In this document: positions 50,333 through 63,265 of the stretch, in pieces
Position numbering within the stretch: the stretch's first letter is position 1
Layout: each line of letters opens with the position of its first letter
Assembly (NCBI GenBank): GCA_965287045.1
Contig: OZ336890.1
Span: 32,674,001 to 32,738,000 of the forward strand
DNA from: Carcharhinus amblyrhynchos
Lineage: Eukaryota
Direction: 5' to 3'
Length of the DNA: 64,000 bases
Position numbers and translations under genes: made by a program
The notes under the pieces: model-generated
What the model was told of the DNA's origin: nothing
The model's input: the letters and a program-made list of their open reading frames with translations, nothing else
Databases searched by the model: none

Positions 50333-50892
50333 GATCCAACTCCTTGCCAACAAAATCATCAGGAGATTCAACCCCTCACCAGCATTACAATGCAAGACAT
50401 CAAACTCCTCACCACCTGAATCACCATGAAAATATTCAACACCTTGCCTCCGGAATCATAATGGAAGTGATCAAACGCCATGCTACCTGAATCTCCACGA
50501 AGAAGTTCAACTTTTCACAGCTAGTATCACCGTGGAAGTAATCAAACTCCTCAGTACTCAAATCTCCGCGAAGAGATCCAACTCTTCACCTCTGGAAGCA
50601 TCAAGGACAGATTTAACTCCTTGCCTCCAGATCACTATGGAAGTGATCCAACTGCCCACCACCAAAATCTGCTTGAAAAGATCCAACTCCTCACACCAGA
50701 ATCTCGGTGAAACAGATCCAACTCCTTGCATCCAGAGTCACCAGGCAGAGAACAAACTCCTCGCCATCAGAATTTCCATGAAGAAATTCAACTCCTCATC
50801 ACTGGAATCTATGAAAGGATTTAACACATCACCACTGAAATTGCCATGATGAAATTCAACATATCAGAATCTCCATGAAAGAGATTCAACTC
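50333..50892 (+). repeat. Diverged ~35-bp tandem array, ~16 units, consensus about GATCCAACTCCTCACCACCAGAATCTCCATGAAGA
   Basis: gat(c/t)caactcct-like anchors recur every 30-37 nt; ORF 50532-50849 shows a matching 35-aa period. Confidence 0.88.
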
Positions 50893-52696
50893 ATCATTTC
50901 AACCACAAGCACTAGAGAAATCACTATATCCCATAAAAATAAAATGTTACAATAGAAGCAAAATATTTCTGCTTCATTGTGCAAATGATCTTCAATTCCA
51001 CCTACACGAGGCATCAATCTCTAATTCCAAGTTTTGGAGGGTGGAACCTCTGCTCAACATAGGGATATACTCATTCAATGTCCATGGACATGTAGTTTGT
51101 AGACAGGCTCCAAAACCTCATTAGCAACAGGTCTGCCGGTTGGCGGGTTCTGCACCAGCCGACGTTGTTCAACATGAAATTATATTTACCAAATTTTTAA
51201 TCACTTGCATGCTTCAATGACCTCTTGATCTTCCAATCTCCCAATGCCACCCATAACACATCAAAACTCAAAGACATTTGCGCTCAAAAAATTTTGAAAC
51301 GTTTTGTGTGTGTTATGTTTCTCTCACGGGGATGTAATAATATTCCTGCCGAGGTTAAGGGTAGAAATTAGTCTCAATCATTAAGGGAAGCAGCATCACA
51401 TTGGCCTCAGTGATACTAAGATCAATTTACCCGAATATAAAACAGAGTGCATTATGCACCACCTCCTATTTTACACGATTGCCGTTGACATTTTTATCCT
51501 AGAATGTACACCGCGCCTTCAATTCTCTCAGGATCTTTTATAAAAATGAAGGGAAACTAGCTCCTGTAAAAGAAATTAACTACGTCTTAATGGAACTAAA
51601 CTTTTGCCTTGGTAGAAATTAAATTACTCTAAGTTAGAAGATTTAAAAGGTGTGGGTTAATGTTCACATCATGCTCAAGCTTTCAAGAAATTGTGCAAGC
51701 TGCTCAATAATTTAAAATGAAAACTCCAAATGATTCAAAGCATTTATTTTCCCAGGCAGTTCCTTAAAAGTTAGCTGACTTGGCTTGAGCTACAATTTTT
51801 CAAATGGCTTTGAACTTTTCCAATTATAACATTAAACATTTTATAGTTTGCACCTGGTTTTAAGCAACATTTCAAAAGGCTATTTTACCACCATTTTCAA
51901 GTGCAAAATACAATGTTTACATAAAACCAGAGAATTCAAAATCAATTCACTACAGGCAATGCAACAAAATGCTCATGTTCATTTTTAACACCTGCAGAAT
52001 AACGCTTCACGTTGGTTACAAAATATGGTCGGCAGCAAAGTCAGTAATGAGTTTAAAAGCTGTCCCATTAGCAGGTGGAATCTGTGCACTAGATCAGCAG
52101 GTACACCCAGCTGACTCCACAATGTGCAAGAGACAGAGGCAACAGCTGTGTACCTGCCCAAAGAGGGATTCAGATTGCAAATCTGCCTTGTTTATTCAGT
52201 TCTGCATGCCCTTTGTTTAGCTGAACCCACATGACAGAAAGCGACATTGTCCCCATCTGTGTACACGCACTGCTGAACTTTATAGATTGTAGCTAATTCA
52301 GCTTCACAAGTAGCAACAAAATGAAATATGAAAATTCAAGTACATTTATAATTAAATAAATCATACACAAGAACATTTCCAGCACACCCCAGATAGGAAC
52401 AAGTCATCCTGGCATCTGATCTGAAGCTTAAAATTTACAAGCAATTTCTGACCTCTAATGTACTCAGGAAACTAGCAAGCCCTTTCAGTTCTTGGGATTT
52501 ATACAGTGAGAGCTGTTGCTGAAATTGCACGCTTCAGATCACAGACTACTGAAAACTAAATGGCAATGGAAACTCAGGATACATCTGGGAATGGTTCAAA
52601 TATGCACACTAGTTACATTGATGGAATTGCAATATCCATTGATAAACCTGTTGACACTGCTATAACAGGGGCCAAACCTCTTGGGATATTTAAATA

Positions 52697-52935
52697 AAAG
52701 CAAAATACTGTTGATGCTGGAACTCGGAAAATTACATCGGAAAATGCAGGATTAATTCAGCAGGTCTGTCAGCACCTGTGGAGTGAGAAATACAGTTAAC
52801 ATTTTAAGTCCAAAGGACTCTTCTTTAGATCCAAAGATTTCTTCAATTCTGCATGAGAGTCACTTGTACTTCAAACATGGTCTCCACAGATGCTGCCAAA
52901 TCAGCTGAGTTTATTCAGTATTTTCTGTTTTTACT
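52697..52935. mobile_element. Head-to-head pair of Penelope-type terminal repeats (imperfect palindrome)
   Basis: Left tcagcaggtctgtcagcacctgtggag is the approximate reverse complement of right ctccacagatgctgccaaatcagctga. Confidence 0.7.
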
Positions 52936-53599
52936 CCAGGAATATTGTTTGCTCCTAAACCATCTCAAGTCTGCAGATGAACACAGTAACATAGAAAATC
53001 CTGAAACAAGAGGATTCAAGTCCAAACAGAATACCTTTGAACAGACCAGTACCTCACAAGGCTGAAACACGTCCTTGGAAGTCAGATAGCTGCACATCAA
53101 TTTAGTTAAGTACCCGAAGCCCCTTGAATGCCACAGTCTAAACTGCAACCATTGATCACTCTGAATTGGATAGATTTCTTACCAGACTATACCTGGTGGG
53201 ACAATACTACTTTGGTGACAGTCCAGGTTGTGACGTGATTTACCTGATAGTTGTATTAAGGACAGAAAAAAAAGGCCATGCACAGACTAGCAGTAACAAC
53301 AATGAAAAGTGTAATAGAGTTTAACTAAAATCGTGAGTTTAACATGGAAATTACAGCCAGAAACCAGCACCTTAGCACAGGGATTGTTATGTGATGAAAT
53401 GCCATTTGGGGCCACCAAGACAATGTAACAGAAATAGGACAAGTGCAAGACTAAATCTGTTTAAATGATCCAAATTGAGGGGGAAGATGAGAATAAGTCA
53501 GGGATGGATTTTTGTGGTGCAAATCAGGCCACTGAAAAAAAAATGGAGGTGGCATTGTACATGTTGATGCCCCTCCTATGCTGCTAACATGAGAAATCT

Positions 53600-54050
53600 T
53601 TGCGAGGGTGGGGAGGGAATGCTGTTCGGCAAACCAAGCCATGCTGTATAGAGCACAGAATCTACAGGGGGAGGCAATGATACCTGGAGATGACTAGAAT
53701 CAATGTGGCAGAAGACTGACTCTCCAGACAAATGGTCACAGACATCTGTGCCCTTGTCAGAGTGAACCTCTGCAGCACCTCACAGGTGTACCCTTCGCCA
53801 AGATTGGACAATACATTGTATTTACAACTGATGGGGCAGCACAGGTTCAAAGGGCACTGGGTTGGTCAGGTGGTGCCCTCCAAATACACATCTGTAAGGG
53901 TCTCAGTTACAGCCAGCTGCACTCTCCATAACAATAGCCCTTTAGTGAGGTGTGGATCCCGAGGACGGTGAGACCTGAGAAGAGGATGAGGAGGAGGAGG
54001 AGGAGGAATTAGAAATAGCGAGATTAGTTTTGAACAGAAGTTGCCCTGCT
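53600..54050 (+). mobile_element. PIF/Harbinger (HARBI1-like) transposase fossil, internally deleted
   Basis: Across frameshifts: HRIYRGRQ*YLEMT..QCGRRL..LSRQMVTDICALV (N-terminal part), then RF..SGGALQ/YTSVRVSVTASCTLHN (C-terminal DDE-domain motif), then an acidic (GAG)n run. Confidence 0.65.
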
Positions 54051-54349
54051 GCAGGATAAGGTGGCTTCCTTCTGTCACCCCTGGAAAAGGATCTCCGTCC
54101 TTTTCCCTCACGGGTGGCAAACCTCTGATTCCAGTGGCATCTCAGTTCCCTATAATCCAGCAGAAGCCTTTGGCACAAACCACAGTCCTCTCCCTCAGAG
54201 CAACCAGCAGCTTCAGTGATGGCTGCCACAGAGGTATGAACGAGTCCCACACTTCATCTGACCCATCTCCATTCATTCTCTCATTGGTTTCAATCAGCAG
54301 GAAACCCACCTTCATATCAATTCCCAATTTGGATCACTGTTTTATACAG

Positions 54350-54565
54350 AATTTGCACATTCTCCGTGTTTGCATGGGTTTCCTCCCACAGTCCAAATAT
54401 GTGCAGGTGAGGTTGATTGGCTATGCTAAGTTGCACCTTAGCATCAAGGAGATTAGTGGGGTAAATATGTGGGGTTACAGGGATAGGGCCTGGATGGGAT
54501 TGTCATCATTACAGATTCGATGGGCCAAATGGCTTTCTGCACTGTAGATTTTCTATGATTCTATG
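54350..54565 (+). mobile_element. 5'-truncated HE1-like SINE
   Basis: tttgcacattctccgtgtttgcatgggtttcctcccacagtccaaa...gcactgtagattttctatgattctatg. Confidence 0.85.
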
Positions 54566-55169
54566 GCATCGGAATACCACCTACAGGTTCCCCTCCATGT
54601 TACACAAATCCTGACTTGAAGCCATATCACTATTCCTTCACTGCCACTGAATTACAAATCTAGAACTCCCTCACAAACAGCACTCGGTGTACCAACACTA
54701 CACAACTGCATCCATTCTGGACAGGGTCTCATCATCACTTTCTCAGCACAATTAGGAATGAGCAAATGCTGACCTCAGTAGCAACACTCATATCCCATGA
54801 ATGAATAAAAATGAAGTGCAGAAAATAAAGTCAACATTACTTCAGGAAAATCAAACCAAAAACTTGAGTAAAAGGCAGATTCAATTTTGGCCAAAACCAG
54901 GGGCTGGGGGTAGGAATAACAGCCACTTAAAGTTAAGAGAATGAGAGGAGACTAAAGGTCACAGTGTAATAGAGAACATAGGTACTCCATATTCAGAAAG
55001 CACAGGAGGCCGTGCTAAAATATCTGCGCAAAATTAGGGCAAGGGTGCTGAAAAATAAGTAGGATAAATTAAAAAGAGAAAAATAATATCAGGGCATATA
55101 GCAAAAGTTAGGGGTGGTTATAGAGCTCAAAGTTATGTCTATTAGTGCATGGAGTTAAGATTTGTTTTT

Positions 55170-56780
55170 AGATGCAAGGGGTCATGGGTTTGGAGGTGCT
55201 GAGTAAGGAGCTTTGGTTAGTTCCTGCAGTGCATCTTGTATATAGTACACACAGCTGCCACTACACAGTGGTGGAGGGAGTGAATGTTTGTGGAAGGGAT
55301 GCCAATCAAGCAGGCTGCTCTGGTGTGAATGGTGTTAAGCTTCATGAGCGTTGTTGGAGCTGCACTTGTCCAGGCAAGGAGAGTATTCCATCATCCTCCT
55401 GATGTGTGCCTTGGAGATGGACAGGCTTTGGGAAGTCAGGAGGTAAATTACTCGCAGCAGGATTCCTAGCCTCTATCTGCTCTTGTAGCCACAGTATTTA
55501 TATTGTTTCTGGTCAGTGGATAGTGGGGATTCAGCGATAATAATGCCATGAATGAAAAGGGCCATGGTTACATTCTCTCTTGTTGGTGATGATCATTGCC
55601 TGGTATTTGTGTGGTGCAAATGTTACTTGTCAGCCCAAGCCTGGACATTATTCAGATCTTGTTGCATTTGAGCATGCACTGATTCAGTACTTGGAGTCGC
55701 AAATTGCGCAATCAGCAAACATCTCCACTCCTGATCTTATGTTGCAAAGAAGATGATGGATGAAGCTGCTAAAGATGGCTGAACCTAGGACACACCCTGG
55801 AGGAATTCCTGCAGTGATGTTTGCAGCAGACATGACTGACATCCAAAAACCACAATCACTTGTGCTATATATGACACCAACCAGAGAGTTTTCCCCTATT
55901 CCCATCAACTCCAGTTTCTCTGGGCTCTCTGTTGCCTTACTGGCTGAAACACAACCTTGATATCAATAACCTCTCACCTCGAGTTCAGCTCCTTTGTCCA
56001 TGTTTGAACCAAGCCTGCAATGAGATCTGGCACTGAGTGGAACCAGCAGACACAAAATGAGCATCAGTAAGCAGGTTATTGCTAAGCAAGAGCCACGACT
56101 ATCATTGAGAGTAAACTGATGTGGTGTTAATTAGCTGGGTTTTGGATGCGTTTTCTTTCTTGTATACAGAACATACCTGAGAAATTTTGCACGTTGCCAG
56201 GTAGATGCCAGTGCTACAGCTGTACTGGAACAGCTTACTAGGGGTACAGTAAGTTCTGGAACACTAGTCTTCAATACTATTATCAAAATATTGTCAGGGT
56301 CCATAGCCTTTGCAGTACCTAGTGGCTGCAGCCATTTCTTGACATCACATGGTGAATTGAGACTGGAATCTGAGATGCTGGGGGCTTCCAGAAGAAGCCA
56401 AGATGAAAAAGCCACTCAGCATTTCTGGCTGAATATTGTTGTCAATGTTTCAGCCTAATCTTTTGCAGTGCGGTGGTCACTCCTATCAATATCAGCATGG
56501 ACAGGTGCATCTGGGATATTGTCTGTAAAGTATGATGACATGTCTATGACTATCAGACAGTTGGGATAATTCTCAATTTTGGCACATGCTCTCAGATCTT
56601 CACAAGGACGACTTTACCGGATTGACAGGGCTGGATTAGGTTATCGTTTCCAGTGCCTAGCTTAATGCCAGATGGTTTGTCCTGTTCTAATCCTTTTTGT
56701 GGACTTGGTAGCAGTTGGATGCAATGGAGTAGTTTGCTCGGCCATTTAAAAGTCAACCAAATTAATGTGGGATTGGATTC
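55170..56780 (-). mobile_element. CR1/L2-group LINE RT pseudogene (older family)
   Basis: TAKAMDPDNILIIVLKTSVPELTVPL and ITAGIPPGCVLGSAIFSSFI...VEMFAD are degraded RT motifs. Confidence 0.8.
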
Positions 56781-58249
56781 AAACAAGCTAATTGGAACCA
56801 GATATTCAACTTCCCAGGTACTGTATCATGTTATGGCTGTAAAAGACTTGGCCATAAACTGGATAAAATTAGGATCTAAATATGCCAGGTTGTAAAGGTC
56901 TTTAGAGGACAAGGAAATTGGAAAATGAATAAGTGTAGCAGTATTGATTAAGACGCAACTGCAGCAGTGGAAAGGAATATCAGTAAGGATGAGCACACTT
57001 TGCAATCACTCAAAACTAAAGGAAGCAGTAAAGGATGCAAAAATCTGTTGGGACTTGACTGCAGATGGTCTGGCAATGTTGATGTAGTCGCAAGATCAAA
57101 GCAGCATGTAGAAAAGCAAAGTTGTTTTAATGGGAGATTATAATGTTTACAAAAACAGGGAGAAGCTGAACATATGAGTTGCAAAACCAGCAAATTTATA
57201 GGAAGTACATTCAGGATGTTTTCTGGAACAGCCTGTTCAGAACCAACATGGGCAGTAGGCTCTGCTAGATTTGATTAATAATGAGCCAAAATGAGTCATC
57301 AGTCCGATAATAAGGGAACACTTGGTTATTTAGCTGCAGCTGTAATGATAGTATTCAATATCAGCTTTGAGGGGGAGGTGCAAGAGCCACAAACCAATTT
57401 TAAATCTAAGAAAGGCTGAGTTCAAAGAAATGATACAGACTGACAGCAAACTGAGCTGAACTGTTAATGGGTAAAGTATAGCAAAAATGAATTGTGCTTT
57501 ACAATGTTGTGAAGCACTTTAGGGCATTTTGTAGAGAAGTACTATGTACATACAAATTGTTATTGTGGGAGCTGTCTCTTCAACAATATTGACATAACAT
57601 ATTTATAATCCACGTAATAGTCAGAAAACTATTTGATACAACATGAAATTAAATATCCTTAAAAGGCACAGGCACAACTTTGAAGTCTTGCAACCATGGT
57701 CAATAAAATAGATAAGAGACATGATCAAGCTAAAAGTAGAGGCATACAAAAATGAAAGTGAACACAAAAATACAGGGGAGTGGGAAGGCTATTAAAAGCA
57801 ACAAATGGACATGAGGAAAGCATTAGAACTGCAAAGATGGAAATGTAAAAAAACCTTCAGGGAATACCAAACCAACAAAGATTTTATAAATATATTAAGA
57901 GAAATAAAGTGGCTGTGGGAAATGCGGGCCCATTAAAAAATCTCTAATCAACAGTAAGGAGATAGTAGACTTGTTAAATTAATACTTTATAAAGTCATTA
58001 GAGCAATGAAGCCACTTGGCCAACCATGCCATCTCCCTGTAAAGAAATGCAGTTAGTCCCACCAACCTCCCGCTCCCACCTCCCACTCCATTCCGGTAGC
58101 CCTGCAAGCTTACTTTCCTCAATTTCTTATCCAATTCATTTTTGAAATCAGGGTATAATTTTTTTTTCCCCCTCACATGCCCCCTGCATCTCTTAAATTC
58201 GCGTCTCCAAGTCTTTGTAATATCATCTAATAGGAAAGCTTTTGACCAT

Positions 58250-58720
58250 CCCACTCAAATTCACTTCTGAAATGGAACAGTCCAACATGTTCCCTTTCCT
58301 TGATGTGCTAGCTCAGAAATCTGCTAATGGATGCTCCATCACATGACTATCTTCACATGTCAACATACACATTGGGATTTGTACAGCTCCACTTGTTACA
58401 TGATTGGCCTTAATTCTTGTAAATAGGGTCCTAGCCATTTGTGCATCTTGCGAGTTTGATGCAGAAATAGAATGCCTCAAAGCTATTGTGCATTGCAATG
58501 GCTATCCTGATCAGATCATTGTTCATCGTACAAATTCACAAAGACTGCCTCTTTTCGACTCCAAAAAGGTTCTGGGCTAATTCAGATTATATGATACGAC
58601 TTGCAGCATTGGTGCAATATGCCAAGCATCCAGGCAGGACACAGTGATTCGCTGATTGGATCAAACTGCATGTTCTTTAAACTATACATAATAGGCAGAT
58701 TACAGACTTATCAACCAGCC
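58250..58720 (+). mobile_element. Penelope-like RT fragment inside decayed CR1 sequence (~56980-60430 is a CR1 mosaic)
   Basis: LKFTSEMEQSNMFPFLDVLAQKSANG matches the Penelope RT FT.E.E...LPFLDV motif. Confidence 0.7.
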
Positions 58721-61700
58721 TGTACTCCAATCCTAGTTTCTCAAATCTAACTTTTTAAGCTACATTCCTTCAGCCTGGAAGCAATTCTGGTAATCTCTTT
58801 TGCACCCTCTGAAGAGCCTCCATTTTCTCTTAACTGTGGTGACCAGGACTGAACAATATTATTTTGTGGCCTTTAGTTTTATACTGGCTCACTATAAATG
58901 GAGGTCTTGGGTACAAAAGTTAAGAAGTTCAAGGTCTCATATGCTTTGCTAATTTTTCTCTACACATCTTGGCATCTTCAAAAATCTATGCACATAAACC
59001 GCAAGGAATATTCCATTCTTCCACGCACTTTAGTAATGTGCTATTAAATCATATTGCCACTCTATCCCGCTACCAAAATGCATCACTTCTCAAGTCCTGC
59101 TTTAAATCTCGTCTACACTTGTCTGTCTATTCTGCTAGCCGATGTTCTGTTGCAATCAATTGGCAGTGTCCCTACTGTACGCCAACTTTCCATTGTGGTA
59201 TCACTGGCAAATTTTGGAACTTTATATCCCAATATCTAAATCATAATCTTAAAAGTTGTTCTCGCATTGATCATTGAGGAACACCATTCTACTATCCTCC
59301 AATCTGAAAAGCAACCATTTACCATGGTTCCCTATCTTGAAACCTATTATTTTTTAATCACCTGACAAAGGCCCTTATATTCCATGAACCTCAATTTTGT
59401 TAGTTCTTTTTTATGTGCTGCTTTGTACAACTGTTTACAGCAGAGGACAAGGAAACCTTAAACAAACTAATGGGAAGAACGTGTCATATTTAATGTGTGT
59501 TTAAAATGGTAATGGACGTAGCGATGGGATTTAAGATAGACAGACTCTAGCATGTGATAGATTTCACCTCAAGGTACTAAGTCAGAGGAATCGCAGATGT
59601 TTTAATCATCATTTTCCGAAGGTTTCTTGTTTTAAATTTCCAAAAAAGGTTGGGAGAGTGAAGCCATGTCACAACAAACCTGTCAATCTAATGCCAGCTG
59701 TGGGGTAGTTACTGGAATTAGCCATCAGGCACTCAGTGACTGAACACTTTGCCAAATTTGAGCTCAGAGACAGTGTGCATATTTAATGGGCAAGTTCCAT
59801 CAGAATAATCTGGATGAATATTTTGAGGATAATGCACAAGGGAATGTTTATGGATATTATTGAAATCAACCTTGAGAAGGGATTTGATAAAGTGAGAAAC
59901 TAGGACTGGTGGAAGAGCAGAGATTTGGGTGCTCCTGTGCATCGATTGTTAAAAGCTAGTGGGCATGTGCAAAAGGCAAAGAGCCTAATGGAATGTTTCT
60001 CTTTATCTCAAGGGAGCTGGAATACAAAGGGAAAGAAATTACAGTTATATAAAGCCCCAGTCTAGCCCCATTTAGAATACTGCATTTAGTTCTGGGCATT
60101 GCAATTGAGGAAAGATTTATTGGTCTTGGAGGGTACGCAACACAGATTCACTAGAATTATTCCAGGACTTTGAGTTAAATAATGAGGCCAAGTTTCATAG
60201 TCTTGACTTGCATTCCCTTGGATATTGAAGACTGATCTAATTGAGGCCATTTAAAATAATAGGGTCCACAGTGTGAACACAGTTTTCCTCTGATAGGTGA
60301 ATCCAGTACAAAGGGATACAAATTAAAAATTGGAGTTTGCCATTAAAAATGAAATGAGTAATAACTTATGGAAATGGAATTATAATACCGACCAGCCATG
60401 ATCTAAATTGAGTGACGGAACGGGATCAAGAAGTTGAGTGGTCCAGAATTCCTATCTAAATCAACTGCTTTAAGATCAATTTGTTGTTAAACACAATTAA
60501 TCGAGGCACCTGAGTAAAAAATTGCATTTATATGGCACATTTAACTTCATAAAAGTTTGAAGCAATTTAAAGGAGTGCTATCTAGCAAATGTTGACATTG
60601 AGCCATACAAGCAGATAGTAGGATAAGTGGCTGTGGTTTTCAAGGAGCATCTTAAAAGGCTGAAAGATAGAGGAAAGGTTTAGGGAGAGAATTCCAGGGC
60701 TTAAATGGCATTTGTAACCATGATTGGCAATGTTGGAATGATGAAATTGAGGGATGGGCAAGAGAGTTGGAGGAATGTGGAGATCTTAAAGCTGTGGAAT
60801 CATAGAAGAGTTTCTATCAGCTTGTTGCACCTTTGTCAGTTCATTGGAAGGGCAGCTGTGATTAGTCCCTCATCCAATGTTTTATCCCTTAGGGTAATAA
60901 AAGTTTCTTGATGTTACTTCTCATTGTTACACACCCTTGAAATTTGCTAATAGATTTTCTCATTCTCACTGCTTGGAGATCTACAAAAAGCTCCCGATAT
61001 AATAGCTCTCTCAGTTCCTTTACTCAAAGCCAGATTAATTCAGTCCCAGTCATATACATCTTACTTACAAGTGTATCATCTTGCTTAGTCAGTGTCCCAC
61101 TCACTTCTCTTTTGCTTTCTCAATCATTTCAAATTACTTGGGAATCAAGGATATTAAGAATCCATTGTTGACCTTAATTGAGCCATGTCTCTTAACACAA
61201 CCACGTCACAATCCCATGTAGTAATTTATATTGCAGCTCATCAATCCTTAGTTGGATATCAATGGATATCAGCATCTTCATCAGTTTTGCTATGTCACAA
61301 CTAGCAAATTTTTGGAATAGTTCCATCTCTAATGTTATTGTTTATGCTCTCCATCTGCAGATCTCAGTTGATTTTTTTTAAAACTTTTTTTTGTCCTCCC
61401 CCTATTAAATGAGTTCAAATCCTCTCCAGAACTGTAGGATTTTCAATGAGCTCAAACTAATGGAGGGTGGAGGGTGAGAGGTTGATGAGGAAACAATGGA
61501 ATAGGCAATTTTCATGATAACAAAGGTACTGAGGGTTTCAGCAGCACAGGAGCTGAGGGAAGGAGTAGATTCGGGCAATAAGTTGGTGGTTTTGGTATGG
61601 AGTCAGAAGCACAGCTCAGGATCAAATCGGACACGATTTGTGAATAGTCACGTTCAGACTGTCAGGAGCCAGTGAGGGAATGGAGTCTTGTGTTAGCTTA

Positions 61701-61989
61701 CATGTCACTGACGAGGGAGGGGGCTTTGTGGCAAAGACAGAAAAGCAGCAGTTTCAGTCTTTCCGTTGCTTTGAAGAAAATTTCAGATCATACTGGATGC
61801 TGGACAAGCAGTGTGATAGATAAAAGGCAGTAGAGGGCGTAGAGAATGGTGATGAGGTGGATTTGCACATTGTCAACATGAATTTGATGTCACCAAAGGA
61901 CAACATTCAGAGTTATAGAGAATGACAAGAGTAACGTAGAAAGCAAATAGATCTGATCTCCCCAGGATTCCCAAAAGCAGAGGGAATTT

Positions 61990-62315
61990 GGGTGGCACCG
62001 TGGTTAGCACTGCTGTCTCATAGCATCAAGGACTCTGGTTCAATTCCGGTCTTGGGTGACTGTCTGTGTGGAGTTTGCACCTTCTCCCCGTATCTGCATG
62101 GGTTTCTTCTGGGTGCTCCAATTTCCTCCTACAGTCCAAAGATGTGGAGGTTAGGTGCATTGTTCATGCTAAATCACCCCTTAGAGTCAGGAGGATGCAG
62201 GCTCAATGTGAGAGGTTGGGGTTATGGGGATAGCGCTTTGGTGGGATTATTGCTTGTGCAGGCTTAATGGGTGAATAGCTTCCATCTGCACTGTAGGGAT
62301 TCTATGATTCTTCTA
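61990..62315 (+). mobile_element. HE1-like V-SINE, near full length
   Basis: Head ggtggcaccgtggttagcactgctgtctcatagc with B-box-like ggttcaattcc, V core, and tail ctgcactgtagggattctatgatt. Confidence 0.88.
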
Positions 62316-63265
62316 TGAACATCTTGGGCTTTATTTTGCTTTGGCCAAGGATGGGTGTTTTCTGGTCCAAGGCAAGAGAATTCCCTTAACCCTCTGCTGG
62401 TGTTTTTTTAAAAAACCATTTGTGGGTCAGTCTGAACAACTCAGAAAAATTCAGCTAAATACTGACATACCAGCCCCAGTAAGCACTTTGTGCAATTATT
62501 TGCTATTTCAAAATGGGTCAAGCAGCCAGTCTGCTGTGTGATAGAATCCAAGAACACTTCTGACACAATGTACTGAATGATCTGTCATCACTTCTATATA
62601 CATCTAAAAAGGGTTTTGTGCACAGAATCAATATGCCAGCTTTTAATGATAACAAACGACCTTTCAGCCATTTTACTGCCTACATTCCACACAAAGTAAT
62701 CTGATTGATATTGTGCGCCAAGTGAAAATTGCAATTTGCAGATGCATCATAAATAACCAGAAATGACTCAGGCCATCCTCAGTCTGCAAGCTCAAACACC
62801 TTCAATGTGCCTACATTTCATTCCAACCCTGACATAACATGGACAGAATGGTCTACCAGAATCAGCATATTGGCTAACTGCCTTAAACACTTTTCATCTC
62901 ATACCCAGCGCACATCCCACATACAACTGCTGGAAAATACTTCAAACATGTCCACCTTTCATTAGAATTCATTGCTGAACAACTTAGATTTAGTGGAAAT
63001 TCATTTTGATTACACATGACGAACTCAAGTTTTCATGGGCCACAAGAGCAAGTTTCTTAGCAAGGCACATCAGAAAGAAAACACCTGATCTCAACCGGCA
63101 CTCAACACGTGTTAATAAACATTCCATTGGTAATTTGATGAAAAAGGCTCCAGAATTTGACAACTGTGCAGGAGAAATATCATGCATCAAAATTCACCCG
63201 TTGTTGTTGCCTGATCTTTTCAGAGAAGTTACAGGTTTTAAACCTTGTTTATTCTTTATGTGGAC

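Noticed and set aside
50532-50849. 105-aa ORF with a 35-aa internal repeat as a novel protein
   Set aside because: The period follows from three 35-nt units; the ORF starts at GTG, has no splice support and is antisense to TMEM104.
50333-50892. CRISPR-like repeat/spacer appearance of the 35-bp array
   Set aside because: The variable parts are homologous to each other, the anchors are not identical, there are no cas genes and the context is a vertebrate intron. It is a diverged tandem repeat.
61990-62060. tRNA-like A/B boxes in SINE heads as tRNA genes
   Set aside because: They continue directly into SINE core and tail sequence, and I could not identify a full cloverleaf.
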